Position numbers and translations under genes: made by a program. Below the pieces are notes generated by a model, which saw only the letters and a program-made list of their open reading frames with translations, had not been told where the DNA came from and searched no databases. 64,000 bases of DNA from Lama glama (lineage: Eukaryota), in NCBI GenBank assembly GCA_028534125.1, contig CM052818.1:16618001-16682000 (forward strand). The letters run 5' to 3'. Positions 36,824 through 48,494 of this stretch are shown here, one piece after another. Position 1 is the first letter of the stretch, and each line of letters opens with the position of its first letter.

Positions 36824-37247
36824 TAGTCTGGGACCCCAGAGGGTTCCATCATCACCCCAGATCAGCAGGAAGTAGCTAGAGCGGTCGTCGCCCTCTACGT
36901 CCCAAAGATTTGGGGTCCTATGACTAGAGGGGGGAATGTTAGGTAGTTTAGATAGAAATGAGCACTGGGCAGGGGGAGAGAAGGGGAAAAGAACAATCCA
37001 GAAAACAAGGAACCTGAGCTGTCAATTAACCAGAGCACAAGGGTCCTGAGATGTCAATTAACCAGTATGCAGGGAATCCGAGTTGTCAATCAGTCAATCA
37101 ATCAATCACGAAACCAGGATATAAAAATAGGAAAAGCAAGGGAACAGCGCCATTTTTCCTCTCTTAGATTGGCCCTCTCCCAATTCCCAAGAGTGTACTA
37201 TCTGTCACTATTTATTTTACTTCACTAATAAAAATCTTGCTTATACC
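36824..37247 (+). mobile_element. ERV1 (gammaretrovirus-like) 3' fragment: internal end, PPT and U3-R of the LTR
   Basis: 'cagcaggaagtagctagagcggtcgtcgccc' (class I ERV post-env motif), PPT agaggggggaa 36926-36936, LTR start TG at 36937, TATAAAAA 37120-37127, AATAAA 37227-37232. Confidence 0.85.
37005..37092 (+). repeat. 32-bp tandem repeat (about 2.7 copies) in the LTR U3
   Basis: acaaggaacctgagctgtcaattaaccagagc / acaagggtcctgagatgtcaattaaccagtat / gcagggaatccgagttgtcaatca starting at 37005, 37037 and 37069. Confidence 0.9.
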
Positions 37248-37679
37248 GAGGACACTGAGAAAGGACAAAAGATGGCATGTTTGAGAAATATATTTATTTT
37301 AAAAAAGAAGCAGATTAGGGTTTGGAACAGACTTCTACTGAAATAAATAAACAATACTTTCTCATGTAAAATAATGAATATATCAAATCAATATGTTATG
37401 TACCTTAAAATGATACAATGCTATGTTAAATATATTTTAATAAGAAAAACCAAAAAGTGTATATTTTAATAAAAATGATAAATAAAACTAGCAGGGGAGA
37501 AACAAATTTAAAAGGGAAAGATCTAGGAGCCAACAGTAGCGTCGGGAACTTAATTAGGAAAGGTGATTTACAAACTATTCTGTTCCACCTTGAGGGGACC
37601 TTTCCAAAACATTCGTTTTGAAACAGCGTTTATTGTTTTTTATTATTTATAATTCTCTATTTATGGGGTATGTAATATA

Positions 37680-37850
37680 GGCTTTTATGCTTAATTTTCA
37701 TTGTCACTCTTATTATTCCAATTTTTCACTTGTGAAAAATGGGGTTTAGAGAAGTTCCACAAATACTTTAAGTAATTTGCCTACATTCACAAATTAATTT
37801 GTAAACTTGAACCCAAGTCTGACTTTTAATCCATGTTCCTTTCTCTATAC
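37680..37850 (-). mobile_element. MIR SINE
   Basis: 'tattattccaatttttcacttgtgaaaaatggggtttagagaagtt...taagtaatttgcc...cttgaacccaagtctgact'. Confidence 0.65.
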
Positions 37851-38069
37851 AAATAGAATCACTGAAAAATAATCAGAGGAAATTTCATAAGAAGTTTTTA
37901 ATATTTTCTTGAGAAATAAAAATGGATTCTGTACCCCCAAGTTTGTGTGATGAGGCTAAATTAGGAAGAGTGGTTGGTTTAAAGAATTATAATTCAACCA
38001 AATCCACCTTCTGTCAGTACAAATATATAGAATCATATTGACTGTTATACATTGTGCTGGGGCAAGGCA

Positions 38070-38840
38070 CATGATTCATTTATTCTATAAATATTTATTG
38101 AGCACTTAATATACCAGGTATATACTAGGTCCTGCAGAATCAGCAGTGGACAATATGGAGGAGATCTTCCTTTCACAGAGTTTTCATTGATGTTTGGGGG
38201 TGGCAGTAAGTAAGTAAATCAATAGGAAACATCAGGTAGTTTCATAAGTGCTATGAAAAGATTAAAATGTCTTGCTATGTAGAAAGTAACAGGAACTACT
38301 TTTGTGGTAAGGAAGTTCTGTTTTAAGAGTTGACATTTAAGCTGAGACATGAATGGCAAGAAGGAATTTGACTTTATGTAAAAGCTAATAACAATAACAA
38401 TAATAATAATAATCACCATAACATTAGTGATAGCTATCATTTTTCAAACCCTTAATATGTATTCTTTACTGTTCCAAGTGTTTTACACATGGCATCCCAT
38501 CTAAAATCACCTGCCAAGTTGTGACAAAAAGTGGGTAGCAGAGCCAGGATATAAATCAGAATCTTCCACCCCATCTTATCCCTCTTATCCACTGTACTCT
38601 TTGGCCTCTCACGGTCAAACGGAAGAGAATACTAGTGAAGAGGCCCTAAACTAGAATGTGTTTAGTGTGATTGAGAAAAACAAGGCTAGATTAGCTGAAT
38701 TAACGTGAGAAAACTGGCCGAGTGGTGAGGAGCTGAGGTCAGAGAAGTAGACGTGGGTCTACCTATTACGTAAGGCCTTGTCAGCTAAGGTAAATCACAT
38801 GGGTCTTACTGTGAGAGTAAAGACACAGGGTAAGGTGGGC
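38070..38840 (-). mobile_element. L2 3' region with a nested, internally deleted MIR (about 38385-38610)
   Basis: 'attcatttattctataaatatttattgagcactta', 'gacatttaagctgagacatgaa', resumes 'gaggccctaaactagaatgtg...gctgaggtcagagaagtag'. Confidence 0.75.
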
Positions 38841-39152
38841 TGAACAAAACGGGAAAATCAGCTTTAGAATTTATATTTATGGGCATTTTAGTGAAAAGTG
38901 AAAATGTGTTGAAAATCCATGAGATGACTTGATGACGTCTAGTGATATGAAGAGATTGGCCACCTGGTATTATTAACACTAGAAATAGAAGAGAAAAACT
39001 GATCTGCACAGGAATATAAGATACAGAGTTTCTACTTCTGTTTGTATAAATAAGTATAAACGCCATTAACAATTTGACTTGATTGAATATCATGACAAGA
39101 TGTATGCTTGCCAAGTTAGTTCCCAGAACTATTTTAAAATCCTGATCCTGTT

Positions 39153-39630
39153 TGTCGACTGAAATAAATGCTCAGCCTAAAAGTTGAAAGTTATGTTTTA
39201 TTTGGCGGGAGGACTCGAGCCGGAATGACAGCCTCTCAGATCCGCTCTAAGGGACTGCTCCAAAGAGGTAGGAGAGGAGCTAGATTATATAGGATCTTTA
39301 CAACAAAGACGAGGTAATTGGAACAATAAAAGATTGCTTGTTATCTAAAGAAAACAAGGCATCTCAAGTAAGAATTTAGTGCTTTTCTATGTATGGGAGG
39401 AAGCAAACATTTGGGCTCACTGAATTCATTCCTTTGACAAGCATCTAGCTATCTAGGGCCAGTATCTTGTCCTTTCTTACTGTGCGACCGCTCAGAGTGC
39501 ACCACTGTGAGTGGCTACAGAAGCTGGGCTGCAAGCTTGTCTTCCCTGGGCAGGGCTGGCAGCCACTGATGACTTGATGGCTTCAGCATTCTTTGCTTAC
39601 TGATATGGTTTGCAGTATTTTTTGTTCACA
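39153..39630 (-). mobile_element. MER41-like ERV1 solo LTR (478 bp)
   Basis: TG...CA termini; 4-bp TSD tgtt/tatt; minus-strand TATA (about 39283-39291) and AATAAA (39197-39202); 'gaatttagtgcttttctatgtatgggaggaagcaa...gggctcactgaattcattcctttga' typical of laurasiatherian MER41-like LTRs. Confidence 0.8.
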
Positions 39631-41984
39631 TATTTCCATGAGTACCATTTATGGTAGACTCTAGAGAAAGCTGTGAAAGTAAAGAAGTAGCTTCCCCTTT
39701 GCTTCACCGATCTCTTTGCCTTCTTTTTCTTGCCCATCATGATCTTCAAGGTGGTCAGGAATCCCTAGTAAGGGACACAGAGATTTCCTTTAACATTTAC
39801 ACTGTTTCAGACTTCTTTTTTCTTTCTTTCTTTCTTTTTTTCTTTACTGTCACATATTTTCTGAACTTCAACACCGGAGATCATGTATCCAAGATTTTTC
39901 TCTTAGCTAATATTGTGCTACTTCATATGTGTGTGCAAATTAATTAAGTCCATATATTTTTGACTTACATTTTAACGTGTATTTTCTGATTACAACGTGT
40001 CATCCTAGGAAGGAAGTATAATTCTCAGACTTCTTGTGCAAAGTATGCTGAGGCAAACAAACAGCCCTCAGACTGTATCATGCATTTTTACTCCATAACA
40101 AAAACTGTTTCTAAAGTCTCAATTGGAACCTGTGGTTTAAACAGGTTAAATCCTTTGGTTTAATTGTATTAATTTATTTTTGTAATTAATTAACCTTATT
40201 ATGCCTCTTTTGACCAGATGATAGTATAAAACATATACATATATGTTTTATATATATAAAACTTTAACTCCTAAATCTCATAAGAGTGAGTATTGGGTCT
40301 AGAAAAAGTCCAGAAAAATTGCAGGTGTCTTTAGCCCTTGGGAACTACCAGGGAATCTTATACATAACATTTCCTAATAGATTATTGAAATCCAGTGATA
40401 AATTTCTGCAAAGCCTGGAGAGAATGGGAGAAAAATCCAGGCAGTTTTCTCTGATATTCTGTGATGTACAGGCAACTTGCCAAGATACAAATTTCTATCT
40501 CTTAGATAAGGTAAATGCATGGTTTAAAAGGAGTTCTAGATAAGCATCTGGACTGTAGGGGTTTTATTATAGGATTTGACACAAATAATTCATTCTGTCT
40601 TGATTTTAACTTTTACTTACCTGAAAAATGAGGATTGTTACATATAAATGTTTGACAAAGTTCACTTTAATTGAAGTATTTGAGGTAATCTCAAGGATCA
40701 CTTTTAAATCAAAACCTTTCTGTAAAAAACTGAGTAGTAATATCCTGACATGACCAAAACCTGGGATACTTAACCTCTTGTACCATCCTGCTTGGCTGGA
40801 AATAGATTGAAATGAATTTGATCTGTGTTTGGCCTCATAAAAACCCCATTTCACTTAGAATACTTTAAAATTAATACTCTGGATCCCCTTGGATACTTTA
40901 GAACTGAAGTTAATTGGAGAGAAAGGGATGGTGTTAGAAACTTCCTGAACTCCCTGCTGACCTTTAAGTCCTGATGGACATTAGGAGGGAAACATCCAGG
41001 TTTCTTTGTATTAACATATGATCTGTGCACTGCATTTTTCTGACAATAGGCTGCTTGTACATTCAGCTGAGCACTTTCAGATGCAGTTGCCTCTGAGGGC
41101 TCAGCCAGTTGAAGCTGAAGTTAGCTTATTCAAACAGTCACAGGTATGAACATTAGTAATAATAACAGTAAAACCAGCATGAGAGGACCACCTTATTAAA
41201 ATGGGTGATGACTCCAAAAGGAATGATTAATCAATGCTTACAATTTCATTAATGTTAACTGTTTATTTTTTCCCAGGGCCAGTGCAGATGTGCTAATGGA
41301 TAATTGCTTTCCATATTTCATTATGAAAGGGTCTGTAAAATGTTGGATAATTCTGTTCAATTCTCACAATTGAGAGCTGTGTTTCTCCCACCCAATGAGG
41401 TGACAAAGACTTCTACTGCCATAAGATAGATATTAGCCGTTCCAAATGACATCTCTGTTAAATTGACGCCTCCTGGGTCCCAGAAAAGAGCAATCTAAAA
41501 TATTTAGCAGACATTACACGGAGAAGTTTATACTTCAGTTGTAGTGCCTGGGTCAGTTGTACAGAATATATAGGTCAAAAGAACACCTTGGAAACACATA
41601 AATTGCAAAACAAAAACACTAGCAAAGCTTTTTTCTTTCTTTTGAAGTTAACTCTAGCATCATATAGGTTAATATATTGCAACCATCTTATAACAATTTT
41701 AAAAAAATAGTTCTTTATAATGTGATTTACTAAGTATCTATGGTGTAATTTATCAGCACAGAAAAGGTTAGTCTGCACTATGGATTCCTGAGCATAGAAA
41801 TGATCGTGTTAATCAGAACACCGTGAGGCTATATAAAATGGTAGGCGTGATCTCATAAGAATAAGTATAAAGTTCAGATGCCACAATCACCTTGTGATCA
41901 CATACACTCTATTCATCTTATTAAAACTGAATTGTTTCCTTCAATACAGTAATAGTTAATAGGATAAATAAAAATAATTCTTAA

Positions 41985-42130
41985 ATGATATTTCTTAAAA
42001 ATCCAAAATCCTAGGTCTAAGCTCTTAATTTTCTAATTTGGGGTCTCTGGGTTGTAACTCAGGAACATTTTTTAAGAGCTCTTGGTAACTATAATGCAAG
42101 GGACCCAGTAAAACACACTTAACAAATACT
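41985..42130. mobile_element. MER5-like hAT fragment
   Basis: 'cttaaaaatccaaaatcctagg...ggaacattttttaagagctcttggtaactataatgca'. Confidence 0.4.
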
Positions 42131-42139
42131 AAATTTAAA

Positions 42140-42330
42140 TGTCAGTAATAATAATAGCCACCATGTATTGAAGCCTAATATATGCTAGGCACTGTTTAAG
42201 GGCTTCATATAGTATAATTAATACTCGCAGCCAACTTGTAAGGTATTATTCTCTCCATTTTATAGACTAGAAAACTAATGCTCAGTTTAAGTGACTTTCC
42301 ACAGTCTCAAAGTTAGTAAATTACTTAAGC
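42140..42330 (-). mobile_element. MIR SINE
   Basis: 'aataatagccaccatgtattgaagc...atgctaggcactgttt...ccattttatagactagaaaact'. Confidence 0.75.
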
Positions 42331-43609
42331 CTTCACAATTTCAATGTCCATTTTCTATTATCAGTTAGGAGAAAAGTGGCCTTCACCATATCTCTTATAA
42401 TATCCCTATGCATTCTTACTGCACTATTTGATCTGTATTAGAGTTTTACAGTATTTTTTGAACTAGTTACAAGTCTGTGTTTCATTGCATTTCATAAGTC
42501 TTGACACCTAAAAGTACCTTAGCAAAGACCTGCATCTTTCTAAGTGAAAAAGTAACTCTTAAATCAACTCTCAATGATGTGCAGTAAAATCAGGAAGGAA
42601 GAGTAGAAGTATTTACTTGTAATTTCTTTGTAAGTATACTTAAAATTCATATTGAATAATCATTTCTACAAACTTATACAGAAACTCAAACTCGTGTTTA
42701 GTTTTATTAAACTAAAACTGGTTTCATTTTGCTAACTTCTCCTTCAATTCAGTTAGCAAAAAGCAATCAGAGAACTGAAAAGCAAAAACAAAAACATCAT
42801 GGAAAAACAGTGAAAAAATGGTTGAGCAACTACTATCAAAATCTAATTTATTAAATGTTGACCACAGAAGAAACTTAATAGTATTTCAGCTATTGAATGT
42901 TGAGGAGAACAGGGAAGTAGAATCAGCACCTTCATATCTGAAGCAATTTAAATGCAGTCGGCCTGGAAGGAGAAGCATAGAGTCATGCACTTCACCCATG
43001 TCTGTGTAGTCTTATATGTTCCGCCCACATCCTTGGTACTGAGCCAAACTGTGATATGAAATTGTTAAGCAGAAAACAGTCTTGAGAGTTGAACCAGATA
43101 ACTAGATGGACTTGAAGTATAAGTTCTACCCAGGCTAGCTGACTGCTATGGTTTCCTCAAACCAAAATTCTATGATTCTAAGTAGAATCTGTTGTGAATA
43201 ATATATACTACAGATAATTAATTGAGAAGTTATGGGGTTGCCTGCCATTTTTCAAAATGAATTGGTCTCGATTAGCATTCTCGAGACAGTTATCATCTGT
43301 GAGTACAGAGCCAGTTTAAGATTGTGTATTTTGGAGAAAAAATGAGTATTAAATGAATATAATTTTTGCAGGTCAGATATGCAGATGTGTTAACTATAAG
43401 TTAGTGTCAATTTAATTATTCTCAAAAGATTTATGAGAGGCTTTTAAATGATATCACTATAATAAATAGAAGTATGAATGCTTTAGAAACATAGGTGGGA
43501 AATTTTGAAGGCATCAGTATTATTTAGGATATTAAACTAGTTCTGCAGTTTTATTAAGGCATGTGTGACTCCCTGATTCCCTGGTTCATAGTTTTTTCAC
43601 TTGTGATTC

Positions 43610-44070
43610 ATTTTTTAATCTATTTTGTTCAATGAATATTTAGTGACTGTCTATTATATGGACTACACCAGGAACTAGAACAGTTAATGAAATGTTCAAT
43701 TACAGTACAAAGGGTAAAGTTAGTGTTAAGCACACAATGCCAGGAGACTGTATAAAGGAGCAACACCTTACCCAACCTAGTGGTATCAATAATGGCTTCC
43801 TGGAAAAGGCAGTGTTTGTTGTGAGTTTGTAAGAGAAAAGAGGAGCAAGTGAAAGAAGAGGAAAGAGGGAAGAAAGTGTTGTAAGCCAGTAATAGTATTC
43901 TGGAAGCCCTGGAAGAGAGTAACAGAGGCTTGGGGTGTTTGGGAATCTGAAAGTAAATACGGGGTGAGAATAATCAGTGAAGGGGTTGGTAAGGACAAAA
44001 CTGGGGAAGCAGCCAGGGTCAGAGGAATAAGGGCTAATAGATCATGCAGAAGACTAGGCAGCTTCAACTA
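43610..44070 (-). mobile_element. L2 3' region
   Basis: 'ttgttcaatgaatatttagtgactgtctattatatg', 'ggcttcctggaaaaggcagtgttt'. Confidence 0.7.
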
Positions 44071-44677
44071 CAAGTAACGCAGAGGGCTTGACCTACAAAA
44101 TTTGAAAGTGATGTGGTACCCAGCACAAGGGACCAAACATTTAATTAAGGCTTTCTAATGCTAATGAGTGTTCCAAATTAGCAATACTAAGCAATATTTA
44201 CAAGGACTTCAAAGGAAGCAAGCCACCTTCCTTCCAGCAGCAGGTTTTGGTCCATTTTTTTGTTTCCTTTCTTTCTGCCCTAACCAAACCTAAGCTTCCT
44301 TGATTCTTCCATCCCTTAAGTGACTTAAAAATCACTTCATAAATAATTGAGGAGAATGGACTGGAACAATTCTAACAACTATTGTTTAGTGACATGTTCA
44401 TTTACTTTGCTAAAAGAAATGTTTAATAAAGAAGATTACAGTACTAAATATAGACATTGAACCTAGAAATATGCAGTTAATAAGCTGTATTAGGAATATG
44501 GATAACAGTAATAATTGAAGAGATTCCTTAATTTAACACACAGCTAGTCTTGAGCCTGAGCTTGTCAGTTATTTCCCACTGACGGAAACAGGCCGAGGCC
44601 AGAATGAGCGAGATTTCCTCTACCTTAAAATGACACACATCGCTACACCTTCTAATGAAAAGATATTGCTAAAAAAA

Positions 44678-45177
44678 NNNNNNNNNNNNNNNNNNNNNNN
44701 NNNNNNNNNNNNNNNNNNNNNNNNNNNNNNNNNNNNNNNNNNNNNNNNNNNNNNNNNNNNNNNNNNNNNNNNNNNNNNNNNNNNNNNNNNNNNNNNNNNN
44801 NNNNNNNNNNNNNNNNNNNNNNNNNNNNNNNNNNNNNNNNNNNNNNNNNNNNNNNNNNNNNNNNNNNNNNNNNNNNNNNNNNNNNNNNNNNNNNNNNNNN
44901 NNNNNNNNNNNNNNNNNNNNNNNNNNNNNNNNNNNNNNNNNNNNNNNNNNNNNNNNNNNNNNNNNNNNNNNNNNNNNNNNNNNNNNNNNNNNNNNNNNNN
45001 NNNNNNNNNNNNNNNNNNNNNNNNNNNNNNNNNNNNNNNNNNNNNNNNNNNNNNNNNNNNNNNNNNNNNNNNNNNNNNNNNNNNNNNNNNNNNNNNNNNN
45101 NNNNNNNNNNNNNNNNNNNNNNNNNNNNNNNNNNNNNNNNNNNNNNNNNNNNNNNNNNNNNNNNNNNNNNNNNNNNN
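44678..45177. other. Assembly gap, exactly 500 N
   Basis: Seen directly. Confidence 1.
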
Positions 45178-47522
45178 GCACTGTGCTAAGTGTTCTTCCA
45201 CCTGCTGGCTGCACAATTGCCTGGACCAATGACAGGTGTTATTATGGCCTAAAGGAAATCAGAGAGCTAGAAAGATGGAAACAGTTTTGTGAATGATGCC
45301 AAGGTACTGAGAAAGCCTGACTTCTAATAGCTATGCTTTGTGTTTATGCAAATAATAATAAGAATAATTATGAAACTAGATACACGTGTACCTGCCAGCC
45401 TTAGTCATTGTACACAATGTTAGTTGAGACTCATTGTGTATCAAGAAAAGAATAGTGTTTTATGTAATGAAATATAATGCTTTATTCAAAATGATTTGTC
45501 AGCTTTAGAGAATAGAATAATGTTGTACAGTAAATTAAACCTTGAGTAGTTGCAGGATTTTCCCCATACTGCCAGCTGTTAATACAGTTTGACAGTATAC
45601 CTAATCAGAATCACGTAGCTTAATTGCCTTTGATGCATTTATAATTATATTTACCAGGACTTTAAAACAACCCACAACACACACATGCACCTTGATACAC
45701 AACACATAACCCTCCCACACAGGAGGAATCAGCAAATAATTTAAAGAGGCAGTTATTAGAAGGTAAATGCTGTAGTGAGTTTTTAAAAACCATTTTCATA
45801 TTATACCTTGGAATAAATGTAGTTTTAAAATTTCTACTGTATATTATATGCTTAGTAATAAATAGTTCATCTAAATGAGCTGAGTAAAACCAGCTAGTAG
45901 GAAACATTTATTGCCTCATAAAATAAAAACTGAGTGAAGCTGTCAAGTGGAAGAACAATTAACCATTTGACTAAGCTGTTAGAAACAATATAATTTTCTT
46001 GGAAACCATGGAGTTTCAGGAGACTGCAGTTTCAAGGTAAACATTCATGAATGCACAGACATCTTACATGTTGTCAATAGACACAAATGTTTGAGAAGAG
46101 ACCGAGAAGAAAAGGAAGAGATTCAGTTTTCTCTGGTCCGTGAAGGGCCTCTGGCCTTTCTTTGGCAGCAGCCTTGTTTTTGTTAGTCTAAAAAATTTAT
46201 CTAGAATCTGCAACACTGAAGCCCTGTCAGCAAGCAAAGGATTCAGTAGAGTCAAAACTATAATTAGGACAAACTTTTAAAAACTAGGGGTCAGTAGTGA
46301 AGATATCTTCCAGAAAGCACCTCATCCACTTTCCTAGTTTGTTAGTTAGTCAACGTAGAATTAATTTAGGCATTTCCTTTGGGGGAGATTAGTTCTCTAT
46401 AGGTTTGTTTGGCAAGTAATATTTTGATCTCTATGCCTTCTATAGCTTTCAAATGATATTTTAAGTCTTTGAATGCCTTGTCCTCCTTTACAAACCTACT
46501 ACTCCACTCAAACTAGTATAATCACTGACGCACATGTACTTGCATGATCTTACCTCTATGCAGTTTCTCTTTCCTAGAAAAAAAATTCCCCTTTCACTCA
46601 CAAAATGATACTCACTCTTGAGGACTCATCTAAAACTTGACCAGTTCTTTAAAATAATTTCCTAGCCTGAAATGATCTTTCCTCTGAGTATTTGTTTTAC
46701 TTATTGTGTGTGCTTTTGATGCATGTAATACCTCCGAGTTAGCCTCATTCAAATGTTTAACAATTAATCATTCTACATGTTCAAAAGCTGTGATTACAAA
46801 TGCTACGATTTTTGTCCACATAGAATGGTATTAAGCAAACATAGTCTCCAGATATTTTCCTACTTGAGATGTATGTGGCTGATGTCCGTATTTGGGACAA
46901 AGGGGAAGGGGTTGGGCAGGTGGCCAGTTAGAAAAATAGAGCTGGATTTCAGTGTTATTGCAAGAGGATGAGAGTCAAGTTTTGTAGCGACAGCCTGGAA
47001 CTTGATCATCTTTCTCCACCAGTTCCCATCTAGGTGAGTGGGCTTCCTTCCTTCTGACTCACCTTCATAAGGTCGTTACAGCAAAGCTGGGACCTTTTCT
47101 TTTTTTTCTTTTTTCTCATTGTCTGCTTCTCTCATTAGATTCTGAGTAAGATTCTTATTTGGTTCAATTTCATTATCTTATTAGGGGAAACAGAATTTGA
47201 TAAAGTTGAGACATCGAAACACTCTTCTTTCCTTGTCAGATTTCCTAGAACAAAATCATCTTTGATTTTCCTGCATTTATAACAAAAGCCTGTTATCAAA
47301 ATGTATTCTCTAACCCTGACATAGTCTGTATGATGTCTCTTTTTAAGGGGCTGATAGAAAAAAAAAAAGTTGGTGAGAAACACTAATACAATGCTCACCT
47401 TTTTTTTCTTGTTTTCATGGGGTTAAAGGTCAAAAACAGAACTTTAAAAAATGTTCTATGGAGTTATTCTTTTGCCAATTACCTTTTACTGATTTGTATT
47501 GATAGTTTGCATCTTTTGAGAT

Positions 47523-47894
47523 TATCTTACTCAGTTTGAGCTACTATAACGAAATACTATGACTTAAACAAAAAGCATATATTTCTTACAGTTATGGAGG
47601 CTGGGAAGTCGAAGATACAGGTGACAACAGATTTGAGGTCTGGAGAGGACCCTTTTCCTATTTTGCAGGTGGCTGCCTTCTTGCTATATCCTCACATGAT
47701 TGAAAGAAAGAGAGACCCCTCTGATCTCTTGCTCTTTTTCATAAATGCACTAATCCCATTGTGGGGGCTCCATCATCATGACTTCATCTAAATCTGATTT
47801 ACTCCCCAAAACCTCATCTGTAAAGACCCCTATCCTGGGGATTATGGCTTCTACATATGAATTCAGTGGGGATAAAGAGGTTTGGTCCATAGCA
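47523..47894 (-). mobile_element. MLT1A-like MaLR solo LTR
   Basis: 'tttcttacagttatggaggctgggaagtcgaagat', 'gctgccttcttgctatatcctcacatg', 'gcactaatcccatt', terminal 'gtccatagca'. Confidence 0.85.
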
Positions 47895-48079
47895 TAGACC
47901 TTGTTCTTTCTAGAGATAGTAACCCAACCACCTTTGCCTTTGCCTCTGATTTCCCTCTGCCAACCCCCAACATCAAGCACACTACTTCACTCATGCCCCT
48001 TTTCATCCAGCCAGCAGTGATCAGGGGCTTACAATACACCTGGAAATGTTCAAATTGCTGGAGATGAATAGCAGCAGGC

Positions 48080-48490
48080 ATCAGCTAGAAAGGCACTTAT
48101 TTCAAGTCAGGGAGACAGAAATGTACATAAATGGTTACAGTTCAGTGTGGGGAGTGTTAGAATAAAAGTTTGTTTCTGGTGCTATGTGAATACAAAGAGG
48201 CGTGACTAACTTCCTTATTCAAAGATGCGTCATCCAGTAGGAAGAAATCAGTTGAGAATAAATGAGTGAGAAACAGAATCATAAAGAATCATGTGTATCA
48301 TACTAAGAAGTTTATGGGGTTTTTTTGTTTTTTATAAATGATAGTAATGGCGACCTGGGGGTAAAATTTTAGGCATCAGAAAGTTAAAGAAGTAGACCCA
48401 TCTGGTCACTCACTGGATGTTTTCTGATAATGATTAACTAAAGTAAGTGAAGTCAATATAAAGGGAACACACAGGTGAGAGAACATTTAG
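48080..48490 (-). mobile_element. L2 fragment
   Basis: 'agtcagggagacagaaatgtacataaatggttacagttcagtgtgg', 'tgtgtatcatactaagaagttt'. Confidence 0.5.
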
Positions 48491-48494
48491 GATG

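Noticed and set aside
37005..37092. 32-bp periodic repeat considered as CRISPR-like
   Set aside because: Head-to-tail repeats without unique spacers, inside a mammalian LTR.
40621..40719. Minus-strand 99-bp exon-like segment with a perfect CAG|GTAAGT donor and an open frame (KGFDLKVILEITSNTSIKVNFVKHLYVTILIFQ)
   Set aside because: The donor lies in what looks like a degenerate MIR core ('ttacctgaaaaatgaggatt'), the peptide is unrecognised, and I found no partner exons.
44620..45232. The three longest ORFs (186-200 aa)
   Set aside because: Artefacts of translating through the 500-N gap.
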